A program made the position numbers and the translations under genes. Of a stretch of DNA of 64,000 nucleotides, positions 1-9,994 are shown piece after piece. The number at the start of each line of letters is the position of its first letter. Position 1 is the stretch's first letter. Where the stretch lies: assembly GCA_036149055.1 (NCBI GenBank), contig JAYZQJ010000009.1:1-64000 (forward strand), written 5' to 3'. The DNA is from Myxococcota bacterium. GTDB lineage: Bacteria > Myxococcota_A > Polyangia > Polyangiales > Sandaracinaceae. The notes beneath the pieces are model-generated. The model was given only the letters and a program-made list of their open reading frames with translations. It was not told the origin of the DNA and searched no databases.

Positions 1-123
1 GCGACGTCGCGTCCAGCGCGGCGGGCCGACGACGAAATGCTTCAGCATTTCGGAGGAGCGACTGGCGCGCTGGGCGCGGCGTCCCGCCGGCGAGGCGCGC
101 GCAGTCATTTTCGCCGCGGGCTG

Positions 124-576
124 CTAGGAGCCGTGGCGGGCGTAGTGCCAGGCGGCGGTGCGGAAGTCGCTGACGTCGAACGGCTTCTCGAAGAGCGCGG
201 CCCGCAGCGAAGACGCGATCGAGCGGGTCTCGCGATCGGCGAACGCGGTCACGAGGATGACGGGGGTGTCCCAGCCGTCCGCGCGGAGGCCCTGAACCAC
301 GTCGATCCCGCCGAGCACGGGCATCTGGATGTCGGTGACGATGAGGTCCACCGGGTCCCGGATCTCGACCGGCGCCAGGAGCCGAGTGCTCAGCCGATCG
401 AGCAGCTCGCCGCCACTGCGGGCGGCGACGACGTCGAAGCCGTCGAGGCGCAGCAGGAGCTCGAGCATGCGGCGCGTGTCGTCGTCGTCCTCTGCGAGGA
501 ACGCGCGTGGGCGCCGCTCGAGTGAGCGAGGGAGCCGCTGGGAGCTCGGGCGGGGCGGGGGATGAGTCGAGAGCAT
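124..576 (-). CDS. Single-domain response regulator (receiver)
   Basis: AEDDDD, DLIVTDIQMP, VTAF and KPF receiver motifs; ATG at 576 with GGAGG upstream. Confidence 0.85.
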   Translation of the reverse strand: MLSTHPPPRPSSQRLPRSLERRPRAFLAEDDDDTRRMLELLLRLDGFDVVAARSGGELLDRLSTRLLAPVEIRDPVDLIVTDIQMPVLGGIDVVQGLRADGWDTPVILVTAFADRETRSIASSLRAALFEKPFDVSDFRTAAWHYARHGS

Positions 577-740
577 GGGACCTCCGTCGGCGCGCGTTGA
601 AGCTGCGCGCTGCGGACACGGGCCATCGCAATCGCCGGGCCAGGCGGGGTTTGCGGGCGCTGCCTGCGCCGCGTCCGCCCGCGACGACGGATTGACGGCG
701 CGCGCCCGATCCGGTCGTCGATTCGGCGACGCCACGGGGC

Positions 741-774
741 CTGCGGGTTTGGCAGTCGGGCTGCGAGATCCGCA
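741..774 (+). promoter_or_regulatory. Putative enhancer (UAS) for a sigma54 activator, TGCG-N5-CGCA type
   Basis: CTGCGAGATCCGCA at 761-774 is identical to the reverse complement of 6779-6792; weaker copy CTGCGGGTTTGGCAG at 741. Confidence 0.6.
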
Positions 775-817
775 CGCGCGGGAGCGCCGGGAGCCGCGCT
801 CGCGGGCTCGCAGGGCC

Positions 818-833
818 CGGCACGAGGCGTGCT
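818..833 (+). promoter_or_regulatory. Sigma54 -24/-12 promoter
   Basis: CGGCACGAGGCGTGCT, GG-N10-GC, about 50 bp upstream of ATG 882. Confidence 0.7.
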
Positions 834-881
834 CGGGCAGCCCTCGACAGCCGCCCTTGGCGCGGCGGGAGGAACGAAGAG

Positions 882-1595
882 ATGAGAACCCACGCCTTGT
901 GGATCACCGCGTCGCTCGTCGGCGCAATGGGCTGCTCCGGCGCGACCGAGGGATCGGACGCGGCGACCCCGAGCGACGCCGGCGACGTCGTCGAGACGGA
1001 CGCGACGAGCTCCGGCGCGACGACGTACCGCGGGGAGGTCTACGCGGACAACTGGTCGGCGATGTACGTCGGCGACACCCTCGTGATGGAGGACAGCGTC
1101 CCGATCACCACGGAGCGCTCGTTCAACGCGGAGGTCTTCACCTTCGAGGCGACGCGCCCCTTCCAGGTGAACGTCATCCTGAAGGACTACATCGAGAACG
1201 ACTCCGGGCTCGAGTACATCGGCCAGCCCAACCAGCAGATGGGCGACGGCGGCTACATCGCCCAGATCACCGACACGAGCACCGGCGAGGTGGTCCTCGT
1301 CTCGAGCGCCGACTGGCGTTGCCTGACCATTCACGAGGCGCCGCTCGACGTCGGCTGCGAGGACGATCCGGATCCGGAGTCGACCTGCACGGCCTCGATC
1401 TCCGAGGAGCCCGGCGGCTGGCGCGACGCCGACTTCGACGACTCCTCGTGGGTGGCGGCCACCGTCTACTCCGAGGCCGAGGTCGAGCCACGCCTCGGCT
1501 ACGACGAGATCGACTGGGATCCGTCCGCCTCGCTGATCTGGGGCGCCGACCTGCAGACCCACAACACCATCCTCTGCCGGGTGACCGTCCGATGA
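882..1595 (+). CDS. Lipoprotein (family often labelled 'PEBP family protein' in YHYH clusters)
   Basis: Lipobox AMGC; YADNWSAMYVG..EDSVPITTERSFNAE motif; acidic and Cys-containing. Confidence 0.65.
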   Translation: MRTHALWITASLVGAMGCSGATEGSDAATPSDAGDVVETDATSSGATTYRGEVYADNWSAMYVGDTLVMEDSVPITTERSFNAEVFTFEATRPFQVNVILKDYIENDSGLEYIGQPNQQMGDGGYIAQITDTSTGEVVLVSSADWRCLTIHEAPLDVGCEDDPDPESTCTASISEEPGGWRDADFDDSSWVAATVYSEAEVEPRLGYDEIDWDPSASLIWGADLQTHNTILCRVTVR

Positions 1596-3073
1596 GTCGC
1601 CTGACCCTCTGCGCGTTGACGCTCCTCGCCTTCGGTTGCGATGGCGTCACCTACGAAGACCCCGATGGCAGCGTCGACGCCGGCGCCTCCGGAGACGCGG
1701 CCGCGCCGAACACCGACGAGTGCTCCGGTTGGACGATGCTCGAGACGCTCTACCCCGACGTCTCGCTCGACGGCCTGCGTGCCTGCGCCAGCCCCGAGGG
1801 CGCCGCGATCGCCGCGTCGCTGATGAACTTCGAGGGCCTCACGGTCAGCGGCGTCGTCGCGGCCGACGGCTCCGACGGCGCGTCCCCCTGCGTGCAGGCG
1901 CTCTGCGACGACGACTACGCCTACGTCGCCACCAACGCGCTGCCCCACTACACGCCGCAGGCGGCTCCGGTCTTCGAGACCGCGGACACGCCGTTCGTTC
2001 ACCGCATCCCGCTCGCGCCCGCGCCGCTCGACCAGAGCACGCCGGCGGACTCCTTCGAGGGCGTCAACGGCTGCGACAGCGCGCTCAGCATGGCGGTCAC
2101 GCACGAGACGCCGGAGATGCCGCCCTTCTCGCACTGCTGGTACGAGACCGAGGACGGCACCGCCAACACCGGCCTGCACACCATCACCGACGGCGAGCAC
2201 GTCTACACGAAGATCCACTGCTACGGACAGACCGCGGGGCTCATCACCGGCGTCCCGGCGTTCGCGCCGTGCGAGGAGGCGCGCCCCGATCCCTATGGCT
2301 CGCCGCTCTTCTGGTCGTACGCCGACCCCGACACGCTCTTCGTCGACTACTGCGGCACACACCCCGCCGCCATCACCCACAACCACTGGGTCAACGAGGT
2401 CTGCCTCAAGCGCGACGAGACGGGCGCGCCCGCGAACGGCTACGCGACCGGGGCCACCTCGTTCGTCATCGAGGACCTCGACACCGCGGGCTGCGCCGAG
2501 GAGTCGGCGGTCGTCGGCTGGGCCTACGATGGCCACCCCATGCGCGGCACCTGCGTGTGCATGGAGCGGGACGCGTCGGGCGCCTGCGTCGATCTCCGCC
2601 GCGCCCGCTCGAGCTACGTGTACGCGGGCCTCTCACGTTGGGCCGACCCGTCGAGCGAGCTCCCCAACACGCACCCCGACGAGGTCTCGGCCAGCTACTT
2701 CGGTCGCGAGCTCATGGAGTGCGAGAGCACGGCCGACTGCTGCCCCGAGGGCGGGCTCTGCCGGCTCTATTGTCACCCGCTGCTCGTCGAGCGGGGCGGC
2801 TCCGTCGAGATGTCGAACCGCTGCGTGTCGCCCGACTACAGCTGGTGCTCACACGCCTTCCGGGAGCACGACGACACGCTCGAGGACGACGGCTACGTCT
2901 ACCTCGACCGCTGCAACGGCGTGGAGACCGCCGACGGCTACGTCTACGTGGGCACCCCGACCTTCCCCTACGTCAACAGCTGCTACCGCGACGCTCCGAG
3001 CGAGACGGCGACCGACGACACCTACATCCGACTGGACGCGGGCGGCATGGGCATGATGATGCCCCGCCCGTGA
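1592..3073 (+). CDS. YHYH-like Cys-rich lipoprotein
   Basis: ATGA overlap with the upstream gene; lipobox AFGC; TNALPHY, GWAYDGHPMRG, SSY and LDRCNG motifs typical of the YHYH family. Confidence 0.7.
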   Translation: MSRLTLCALTLLAFGCDGVTYEDPDGSVDAGASGDAAAPNTDECSGWTMLETLYPDVSLDGLRACASPEGAAIAASLMNFEGLTVSGVVAADGSDGASPCVQALCDDDYAYVATNALPHYTPQAAPVFETADTPFVHRIPLAPAPLDQSTPADSFEGVNGCDSALSMAVTHETPEMPPFSHCWYETEDGTANTGLHTITDGEHVYTKIHCYGQTAGLITGVPAFAPCEEARPDPYGSPLFWSYADPDTLFVDYCGTHPAAITHNHWVNEVCLKRDETGAPANGYATGATSFVIEDLDTAGCAEESAVVGWAYDGHPMRGTCVCMERDASGACVDLRRARSSYVYAGLSRWADPSSELPNTHPDEVSASYFGRELMECESTADCCPEGGLCRLYCHPLLVERGGSVEMSNRCVSPDYSWCSHAFREHDDTLEDDGYVYLDRCNGVETADGYVYVGTPTFPYVNSCYRDAPSETATDDTYIRLDAGGMGMMMPRP

Positions 3074-3086
3074 GACGGAGCGCGAG

Positions 3087-3788
3087 GTGAAGGCACGGAC
3101 CGCGTGGCTCGGGGGCCTCCTGTGCGTGGGCTGCGCGATGCTGCCCACGACGCTCGAGCCAGCGCAGGTCCGCTACTTCGTCCGGACCGACTGGGAAGGA
3201 GCGCCGCTCGAGAGCGGGGCGCGGATCATCGAGACCGACCTCGGCTACACGGTGGCGATCTCGTCGTTCCAGCTCCGAACCACCTCCATCGAGCTCGTCC
3301 CCTGCGAGCCGCTCGCGTCGCTCGACCTCGGGCCGACGCGGGCGCTCGCCCACGGGAGCAGCTACGAGCACGACATCTCGGCGATCGAGCCCGGGATCAT
3401 GGACGACCTGATGCTCGAGGAGGCGCAGGCGCTCGGCTACTCCATCGCCACGCGGAGCGCCTACTGCGAGCTCTTCAGCGTGCACGGCACCGGGCGAGAC
3501 GAGGTCGTCGTTTCCCTCGTCGGCTGGTACCTCGCGCCCGGCTCGGACGAGCCGGTCCCCTTCGCCGCCGAGCACTCCCTGGGCGTCACCGACGTCGCGC
3601 CGCTCTCGCTCGGCGCTTTCGACGACGCGCTGCTGCCCGACGAGGCCGAGGTCGTGATCACCCGGTTCCCCGCGCGCGCGTTCCACGGCCTCCCGCTCGA
3701 CGAGCTGCCCGAGGTCGACCTCGCCTACGAGGTCGGCCTCGCGCTCCTGCGCACGCGGGAGATCCGCTGGGCGATCGGCCCTAGCTGA
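3087..3788 (+). CDS. Hypothetical lipoprotein
   Basis: GTG start with GAGG upstream, lipobox-like CVGC, high-GC3 coding pattern. Confidence 0.6.
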   Translation: MKARTAWLGGLLCVGCAMLPTTLEPAQVRYFVRTDWEGAPLESGARIIETDLGYTVAISSFQLRTTSIELVPCEPLASLDLGPTRALAHGSSYEHDISAIEPGIMDDLMLEEAQALGYSIATRSAYCELFSVHGTGRDEVVVSLVGWYLAPGSDEPVPFAAEHSLGVTDVAPLSLGAFDDALLPDEAEVVITRFPARAFHGLPLDELPEVDLAYEVGLALLRTREIRWAIGPS

Positions 3789-5109
3789 TCCCGTAGCGCT
3801 TGAGCTTGTCGTAGAGGGTGCGCAGGCCGATGCCGAGCCGGGCGGCGGCGTCCTTCCGATTTCCGTCGACCGCCTCGAGCGCCTCGGCGATGGCGCGACG
3901 CTCCAGCTCCTCGAGGGTCGTCGCTCCGGTCGCCGGCTCGGCGGGCGGCCGCGTCGGATCGAGCCAGAGGTGCTCGATCGCGATCGCAGCGCCGTCGGCC
4001 AGGATGGCGGCGCGCTCGAGCACGTTGCGCAGCTCCCGCACGTTGCCCGACCACTGCGCGCCTTCGAGCTGCGCGGCGACCTCGTCGGTGAGCGCGATCG
4101 GTCCGCGGCCGAGATCGGCGGTGATGCGGCGAAGCAGGCTCTCCGCGAGCGGACGGATGTCCGCCCGGCGCTCTCGCAGCGGGGGCAGACGCACCGGGAA
4201 GACCGCCAGGCGGTGGTACAGGTCTTCGCGGAAGCTCCCCTCGGCGATCATCGCGGCGAGGTCCCGGTTGGTGGCCGCGACCCAGCGCACGTCGGCGCGC
4301 AGGGTCCGCGTCCCGCCGACTCGCTCGAACGCGCGCTCCTCGAGCACCCGCAGCAGCTTCGCTTGCAGGGCCGGCTTCAGCTCCCCGACCTCGTCGAGGA
4401 AGAAGGTGCCGCCCTCGGCCAGCTCGAGGCGGCCACGTCGACGGGCGTGTGCGCCCGTGAAGGCGCCCTTCTCGTGACCGAACAGCTCGCTCTCGAGCAG
4501 CGTCTCGGACAGCGCGGCGCAGTTCACCGCCACGAATGGACCGTCCGCGCGCTTGCTCCGGCCGTGGATCGCGCGGGCCGCGACCTCCTTACCGGTGCCG
4601 CTCTCGCCGACCAGCAGGACCGTCGCGTCGGTCTTCGCCACCTTGGAGAGCGCCTCGACCACGGGCTCCATGCTGGAGGCGCCGTAGGTCAGCGCGGGAA
4701 GGTCGGTCGAGTCGCGGGCCGCGCCCTCCTGGGCGGTGCGCAGTCGTCGTCGCTCCACCGCGCGGGCGACGAGCAGCCGCAGCTCGGCCGGGCTCCCGAT
4801 CGGCTTCTCCAGGAAGTCGTAGGCGCCCTTGCGCATCGCCTCGACCGCGTGGGCCACGGTGCCGTGGGCGGTGAGCACGATCACCTCGGTCTCGGGCTGC
4901 TCCGCGCGCACGTGGCCCAGCAGGGCCAGGCCGTCGAGCCTCGGCATCTTCAGGTCGGTGAGGAGGACGTCGAAGCTTCGCTCGCGCAGCGCGGCCAGCG
5001 CCTCGGCGCCGTCCGCCGCCTGCTCCACCTCGTGATCGTCGAGCTCGAGGGCCTCCGCCAGGAAGCTCCGGATGCCCTCTTCGTCGTCTGCGACGAGCAC
5101 TCGCGCCAT
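3781..5109 (-). CDS. Sigma54-dependent response regulator (NtrC/ZraR family)
   Basis: Receiver domain, [28 protein letters not shown], Fis-type HTH. Confidence 0.95.
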   Translation of the reverse strand: MARVLVADDEEGIRSFLAEALELDDHEVEQAADGAEALAALRERSFDVLLTDLKMPRLDGLALLGHVRAEQPETEVIVLTAHGTVAHAVEAMRKGAYDFLEKPIGSPAELRLLVARAVERRRLRTAQEGAARDSTDLPALTYGASSMEPVVEALSKVAKTDATVLLVGESGTGKEVAARAIHGRSKRADGPFVAVNCAALSETLLESELFGHEKGAFTGAHARRRGRLELAEGGTFFLDEVGELKPALQAKLLRVLEERAFERVGGTRTLRADVRWVAATNRDLAAMIAEGSFREDLYHRLAVFPVRLPPLRERRADIRPLAESLLRRITADLGRGPIALTDEVAAQLEGAQWSGNVRELRNVLERAAILADGAAIAIEHLWLDPTRPPAEPATGATTLEELERRAIAEALEAVDGNRKDAAARLGIGLRTLYDKLKRYGIS

Positions 5110-6380
5110 CAGCTCGCTCCCCTGCCCTCCAGAGGGAGGGTGATCGTGAACCTCGCGCCGCCCTCGGGGCGGTTGTCGACCGTGATGGTGCCACCGTGGG
5201 CCTCGACGATGCGCCTGGCGATCGGCAGACCCAGCCCGGTGCCGCGCACCCGCGTCGTGTGAAAGGGCTCGAAGATCTGCTCGAGCTGATCTGCGGGCAC
5301 GCCGGGGCCGCGGTCGCTCACCGTGATGATCGCCGCGCGGCCGTTCACGGTCAGCCGCGCCGTCGCCTTCTCCTCGCCGGCCTGGGCGGCGTTGGTCAGG
5401 AGGTTGATCAGCGCTTCGAGGAGCCGCGGGCGGTCACCGCGGGTCGGCAGCTCGCCGTCGGGGAGCTCGAGCTCGAAGCGGTCCGCGCCCACCGCGTCGA
5501 CCGCCGCCCGCACCAGGGCGCGCAGCTCGAGGGGCGCGTCGTCGAGGTCCCCCGAGCGTACGAACTCCAGCAGGTGCGTCGTCAGCTCCTCGATGCGCTC
5601 GGCCTCCGACACGACGCGCTCGGCCTTGGCGCGGGGGCGCTCGCCCTCCGGCAGCGTCTCCACCAGCAGCTGCGCGTGACCCTTGAGGCTGGCCAGCGGG
5701 TTGCGCAGCTCGTGGGCGAGCACCGCGCTCATCTCCCCGAGGGCGGCGAGCCGCCGGTCGAGCTCGGCGCGCCGCGCCGTCGCCTCGCGCTGCCGGATCG
5801 CGCGCCGGAGGGCCAACGCCAGCAGCGCGAACAGGATCGAAGCCACCGCGGCCGCCACCAGGGTGCGGAGCCCGTCGGCGCGGAGCGCCGGGCCGAGCCG
5901 CGGCGCGAGCTCGACGATCAGCTGCGGTGGGGGGCCCGGCGGACCCCCGCGAGGGGGAGGCCGGTCGGCGGGTGGCGGAGCGAACGGCGGGGGACGAGCC
6001 TCGGGGCCGCTCGTCGACATGCGGAGCGCGCGGACGCGGTGCTCGGTCTCGACGAAGCCGTCGCTCCCCGGGTCGGGGAGCTGGCCCACGCCCGCCTCGA
6101 TCACCTCGCCGTGGGGGTGGCGGATCGCGACGTACTCGAGACCGAGGTCGGCGTGGGCGTCGAGGAAGGGCTGCAGATCTTCGACCTCGGGCCGCCGGCC
6201 GAGCTGCCGGAGATGGACCTCGAAGGTGTCGAGCAGGACGTCGGCCTCTCCCCGGTTGGCGGCCCGGGTGGCGCGCTGCACTCCGAGCCAGGCGAGCCCC
6301 TGGCTGGCGAGCAGCGCGATCGCGGCGAGCGCCGCCAGGAGAGGCAGCGCTCGCGCGATCCGGTCGGTCTCGGGGGCCAT
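5109..6380 (-). CDS. Membrane sensor histidine kinase
   Basis: Two TM segments, [10 protein letters not shown]-box, NLLTNA, DRGPG, GTGLGL. Confidence 0.93.
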   Translation of the reverse strand: MAPETDRIARALPLLAALAAIALLASQGLAWLGVQRATRAANRGEADVLLDTFEVHLRQLGRRPEVEDLQPFLDAHADLGLEYVAIRHPHGEVIEAGVGQLPDPGSDGFVETEHRVRALRMSTSGPEARPPPFAPPPADRPPPRGGPPGPPPQLIVELAPRLGPALRADGLRTLVAAAVASILFALLALALRRAIRQREATARRAELDRRLAALGEMSAVLAHELRNPLASLKGHAQLLVETLPEGERPRAKAERVVSEAERIEELTTHLLEFVRSGDLDDAPLELRALVRAAVDAVGADRFELELPDGELPTRGDRPRLLEALINLLTNAAQAGEEKATARLTVNGRAAIITVSDRGPGVPADQLEQIFEPFHTTRVRGTGLGLPIARRIVEAHGGTITVDNRPEGGARFTITLPLEGRGAS

Positions 6381-6389
6381 CGGTGCAGT

Positions 6390-6659
6390 CTACTGGCGAC
6401 CACCCTCGCGCGGTGGCGGCCGATGGTCGTTCGGCACGCAGACGAGCTGCTCGCCCCGCGGCGCGCGGCAGGTGCCCTCGAGGGTCCCGCGCGGCGTCTC
6501 CACTGCGCACAGCGTGCCCTCCTCTTGATCGGCGCAGGCCTCGAAGGCCTCCGGCGGAGGTCGACGCGGCGGCCGGCGGTCGCCCGAGCCCTGAGCGAGC
6601 GCCACCGAGCCGAAGGAGAGCGCGGTGAGCGTCATGAGGATGGAGAGTGATCGAGACAT
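6390..6659 (-). CDS. Small exported accessory protein of the two-component system
   Basis: Signal peptide, PPPEAFEAC motif with four Cys, first gene of the HK/RR operon. Confidence 0.7.
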   Translation of the reverse strand: MSRSLSILMTLTALSFGSVALAQGSGDRRPPRRPPPEAFEACADQEEGTLCAVETPRGTLEGTCRAPRGEQLVCVPNDHRPPPREGGRQ

Positions 6660-6697
6660 GGACTGGCTCCGGGTTGAGGGGTGTTCTCCCTCGGCTT

Positions 6698-6713
6698 TTC
6701 AAGCCGCGTGCCG
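6698..6713 (-). promoter_or_regulatory. Sigma54-type promoter (GA variant at -12)
   Basis: Reverse strand CGGCACGCGGCTTGAA upstream of ATG 6659. Confidence 0.55.
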
Positions 6714-6755
6714 ACACCGAGGTCGCCGTCCTTCCCGCCCGCGAACCCGAGCGGG

Positions 6756-6792
6756 CTGCAGCTTCCGCCGGTTCCGACTGCGGATCTCGCAG
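6756..6792 (-). promoter_or_regulatory. Putative enhancer (UAS), same motif as 761-774
   Basis: CTGCGAGATCCGCA on the minus strand at 6779-6792 plus an adjacent weaker site. Confidence 0.6.
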
Positions 6793-6863
6793 TGGCGCGG
6801 GGTAACTCCGGCAGGGTGGGTGCGTAGGACATCGCCGCAGCGAATCGAGGGGAGGGTGCGAAC

Positions 6864-8468
6864 GTGGTGAAGCGTGCGTTGGTGTTCCGGTTGGCCGACT
6901 GGCCTCTGGCCGAGAAGCTGAGGGAGGCCTACGGCCTCGACGCGGACAAGTGGGGGGCGGCGGCGATGTACTTCGCCGGCAGCTCGCCGGGGGAGCTGGC
7001 CCTGCCCGAGGAGGCGAGCACGGAGGAGGAGACCTCGCGGGTGGGGCAGGTGATCTTCCAGCTCGCGCAGAGCTTCCTCCGCGACCCCGAGGTCCGCGAG
7101 GGCTTCTACGAGGGCGGGTCGCGGGGGCTGAGCTTCGCGCACTTCGCCGGGGTCGAGCCGGACGCGCTGACGAAGGCGCTGCGCGACGCCGAGCTCGACG
7201 TGTGGTCGATCGCCGAGCTCCTCGAGCGGCGGGCGGCCCAGGAGCCGGCCACGCTCGCGAGCCTGGACGACCTCGAAGGCGAAGGGGTGGTGGACCGCTT
7301 CGCGGCCTATCGCGCGACCCACGAGGCGGCATGGGCGGAGCTGCTCGCCGAGCCCGGTCACTTCGGCGGGGGCCTCAGCTCGAAGGCAGCGCACGTGCTC
7401 GCGCGCCTCGACGACCCGGCCGCGTTCGCGGGGCACGTGACCTCGGAGCTGGTCGCCGCGCTGTGCTCGCTGGCGACCGGCCGCGCCAAGCACCCGTTCA
7501 TCGTCGGGCGGGTCATCCGGCTGCTCGCGTCGGAGCCCTTCGCCGCGGTGGCGTCCGGGGAGGTGGAGGTGCCGCGCTGGTCGAGCGAGCTGCTCGAGCT
7601 CGCGCCGCCGGACACGCCCGAGGCCGCGCTCGCGTCCCTGCGCCGGGCCCTCGACGCGCGCGACGCCCCGAAGGCGCCGCCGCCCGAGCCGGACGCCCCG
7701 GTCGAGTCCGATCGCGAGCGCTGGCTCCGCCTCGCCGCGCGCCATCGTGACGGGGACCGCTCGGTCACGGGCGAGCTCGGCGCCCTGACCGAGACGCTGA
7801 TGCCGGCCTGCGCCGACGAGCTGCCGGAGCTGTGGGACTACGTGCCGCTCGGGATCGCGCTCGACGCCGACGTGGTGTGGCGTGGGGCGCTGGCCATCCT
7901 CGCGGCGGAGGGTGGAGAGGCGATGCGGGACGCGCTCGCGGAGGTCGCCGGGGCGCACCCGCTCCCGGCCCCGCGTGACGCCGACCTCGCGGCGCGGGTC
8001 ACCCAGGCGCTCGAAGGCGCGCCGGCCCACGTCGCCGACGCGCTGCGCCCTCGAGCCGGCGGCGGCGTCCGCGGGCGCCTCGTCGTCGACGGCGGCCTCG
8101 TCGCGGTGCTCGGCGGCGACCTCCTGCGCGGCCAGCCGCCCGCGAGCGACGACGCCTGGCGCGACGCGCACCAGCGCAACGACGCCGCGGTCTTCGCCAC
8201 CCGCGGCGACGGAGTCTTCGACTTCGTGCTCGAGCCGGGGGCGCCGCCCGAGGGCCCCGACGTCGTCACCTGGCCGGTGGTGTTCCAGGGCGGCGGCGCC
8301 CTCTGCTCGGGGGCGGCCGCCGCGCCGCTCGGCCCGCTCGAGGGCATGCACGAGGTCTCGCTCGCGCTCGGGGACGAGGGCAGCACGCTCCGCATCTGGC
8401 TGCAGCCCGAGCCCACGCGCCCGCCGACCGACGGCTACCCGATCCCGCTGCCGAGCGGCGCCAGCTAA
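6864..8468 (+). CDS. Hypothetical protein
   Basis: Long ORF with normal composition, GGAGGG RBS before GTG. Confidence 0.65.
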   Translation: MVKRALVFRLADWPLAEKLREAYGLDADKWGAAAMYFAGSSPGELALPEEASTEEETSRVGQVIFQLAQSFLRDPEVREGFYEGGSRGLSFAHFAGVEPDALTKALRDAELDVWSIAELLERRAAQEPATLASLDDLEGEGVVDRFAAYRATHEAAWAELLAEPGHFGGGLSSKAAHVLARLDDPAAFAGHVTSELVAALCSLATGRAKHPFIVGRVIRLLASEPFAAVASGEVEVPRWSSELLELAPPDTPEAALASLRRALDARDAPKAPPPEPDAPVESDRERWLRLAARHRDGDRSVTGELGALTETLMPACADELPELWDYVPLGIALDADVVWRGALAILAAEGGEAMRDALAEVAGAHPLPAPRDADLAARVTQALEGAPAHVADALRPRAGGGVRGRLVVDGGLVAVLGGDLLRGQPPASDDAWRDAHQRNDAAVFATRGDGVFDFVLEPGAPPEGPDVVTWPVVFQGGGALCSGAAAAPLGPLEGMHEVSLALGDEGSTLRIWLQPEPTRPPTDGYPIPLPSGAS

Positions 8469-8524
8469 GCGCGCCTCAGCGCGGATCGGTGGGCCGCCGA
8501 GGGGCGACTCGGCAGCCTGTCGAT

Positions 8525-9580
8525 ATGCGCTGGATGTGGCTCGCTCTCCTCCTCGCCCCCGGCTGCCGGGGGATCACCGTCGACGTGCCGCCGGACCGCC
8601 CGGACGCCCGGCGACCCGCGGACGCCGGGATCGCGATCGACGCCCGGGTCCCCGACGACGCCGAGGCGGAGCGCGACGCGGGGCTCCCGTTCGACGCGAG
8701 TGTCCCGTCGGACTCGGGCCTGGACGCGGGCGTCGCTGCGGACTCGGGCGTGCCGGTCGCCATGGACGCGGGGCCGGCGCCGGACTCGGGTGTCGACTCG
8801 GGTGTCGACTCGGGCATCGACTCGGGTGTCGACAGCGGGATCCCGCGGCCGCCGGTCGGCTTCTTCTTCGACGACTTCGAGAGCTGCGATCTCTCGCACC
8901 GCGAGGGCGGCGCCTCGTGGGGCGCGAGCCGCTCGGGGGGCCCGGACTCGGTCGCCGTCACCCGCGCGCGCGCCCGCTCCGGGAGCTGCGCGCTGCAGTT
9001 CACCTTCGGCGGTGGGCCCAGCGGCGACGACGCGTGGGCCGAGCAGCGCTTCGAGCTCGGCAGCCCGCGGACCGACTTCCACGTCGCGTTCTACATCTAC
9101 TTCCCCAACGGCACCGAGCCCGGCGAGAACCGCTACGTCCACCGCAGCGAGAGCCCGCAGAACAACAAGCTGCTCCGGGTGTGGGCCGACCGCTACGACG
9201 GCTTCAAGTGGGGCGCGTCGATGTGGTCCAACAGCGTCGGCTCGGCGGTCAGCGGCGAGACGGCCCGTAGCTGCTCGGCGAGCATCGGGCAGGCCACCCC
9301 CGGGTACTGGTTCATGACCGAGTCCGACCTCGGCCGCTGGGTCCACGTCGAGCTGCACGTGCGCGGCGACGACGGCAGCGGCAACGGGCGCTTCGAGCTC
9401 TTCGTCGACGGCATCCCCCACGTGCAGCACACGCTCGCGGTCGGCGGCGCCCCCTGCGCGCCGAACCACTTCCTCCGCGGCTACCTGCTCGGCTGGGCCA
9501 ACTCCGGCTTCGCCCGCACGACGAACGTCTACGTCGACGACGTCGTCTTCTCGACCACCCGCATCGGCGTGCACCCCTGA
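8525..9580 (+). CDS. Lipoprotein with DAG/DSG linker and C-terminal polysaccharide-lyase/LamG-like beta-sandwich
   Basis: Lipobox-like APGC, FFDDFES, NNKLLR, GRWVHVE, YVDDVV. Confidence 0.65.
   Translation: MRWMWLALLLAPGCRGITVDVPPDRPDARRPADAGIAIDARVPDDAEAERDAGLPFDASVPSDSGLDAGVAADSGVPVAMDAGPAPDSGVDSGVDSGIDSGVDSGIPRPPVGFFFDDFESCDLSHREGGASWGASRSGGPDSVAVTRARARSGSCALQFTFGGGPSGDDAWAEQRFELGSPRTDFHVAFYIYFPNGTEPGENRYVHRSESPQNNKLLRVWADRYDGFKWGASMWSNSVGSAVSGETARSCSASIGQATPGYWFMTESDLGRWVHVELHVRGDDGSGNGRFELFVDGIPHVQHTLAVGGAPCAPNHFLRGYLLGWANSGFARTTNVYVDDVVFSTTRIGVHP
8783..8842 (+). repeat. 12-bp coding tandem repeat (DSGV/DSGI)
   Basis: GACTCGGGTGTC-like unit about five times. Confidence 0.8.
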
Positions 9581-9586
9581 ACGGAA

Positions 9587-9634
9587 CCACAGCCGGTTGT
9601 GTGTCGAAGTGCCTTCGCCCCCAACATCTCGTTG
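9587..9634 (+). promoter_or_regulatory. Tandem NrdR-box-like operators
   Basis: CCACAGCCGGTTGTGT (9587) and CCCCAACATCTCGTTG (9619) start 32 bp apart; the second matches the C-A-AT-T-G NrdR core and overlaps the -35. Confidence 0.6.
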
Positions 9635-9661
9635 ACCCGGCGCTCCAGCGTGCACTACGTT
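9632..9661 (+). promoter_or_regulatory. Sigma70-type promoter of the riboswitch-nrdAB transcript
   Basis: TTGACC-N18-TACGTT. Confidence 0.55.
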
Positions 9662-9667
9662 ACGTGA

Positions 9668-9866
9668 CGTCGTTGGTGCTCCCGGTACGCCGGGGGCCTC
9701 GGGGTGAGCACACCCCGGGAGGGAATCCGGTGCGACTCCGGAGCTGCCCCGCAGCGGTAAGTGGGAGCGAACGCCGTCATGAAGCACTGGGGCCACGCCC
9801 CGGGAAGCGACGGTCAGTAGGAACCGGCCTCGCCGAGCGCCCACGAGCCCGAAGACCTGCCTCGAT
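9668..9866 (+). ncRNA. Cobalamin (AdoCbl) riboswitch
   Basis: GGTGC..., AGGGAATCCGGTGCGACTCCGGAGCTGCCCCGCAGCGGTAA, GCACTGGG..CCGGGAAG and B12 box GAGCCCGAAGACCTGCC; upstream of a B12-independent RNR. Confidence 0.93.
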
Positions 9867-9994
9867 CCGTCGCCCTCGAGTCTCGCGCTCGGGGGCGCGG
9901 TGCCCGGGCCTCGAGGGAAGGCCGGCGGGGTCGGCCGTCGTGCCCTCCGTCGTCTCTTCCGTCGAGCCCTTCCGCGAGGGAACGGAAAGAGGAC

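Noticed and set aside
575..1591. N-terminal extensions in the ORF track (575-3073, 11848-13335, 14067-15887, 23675-25090, 35045-37204, 37972-39753)
   Set aside because: The extensions overlap neighbouring genes; real starts were reassigned to coupled or signal-peptide-bearing codons.
8783..8842. 12-bp tandem repeat as a regulatory or CRISPR-like element
   Set aside because: In-frame DSGV linker typical of myxobacterial lipoproteins.
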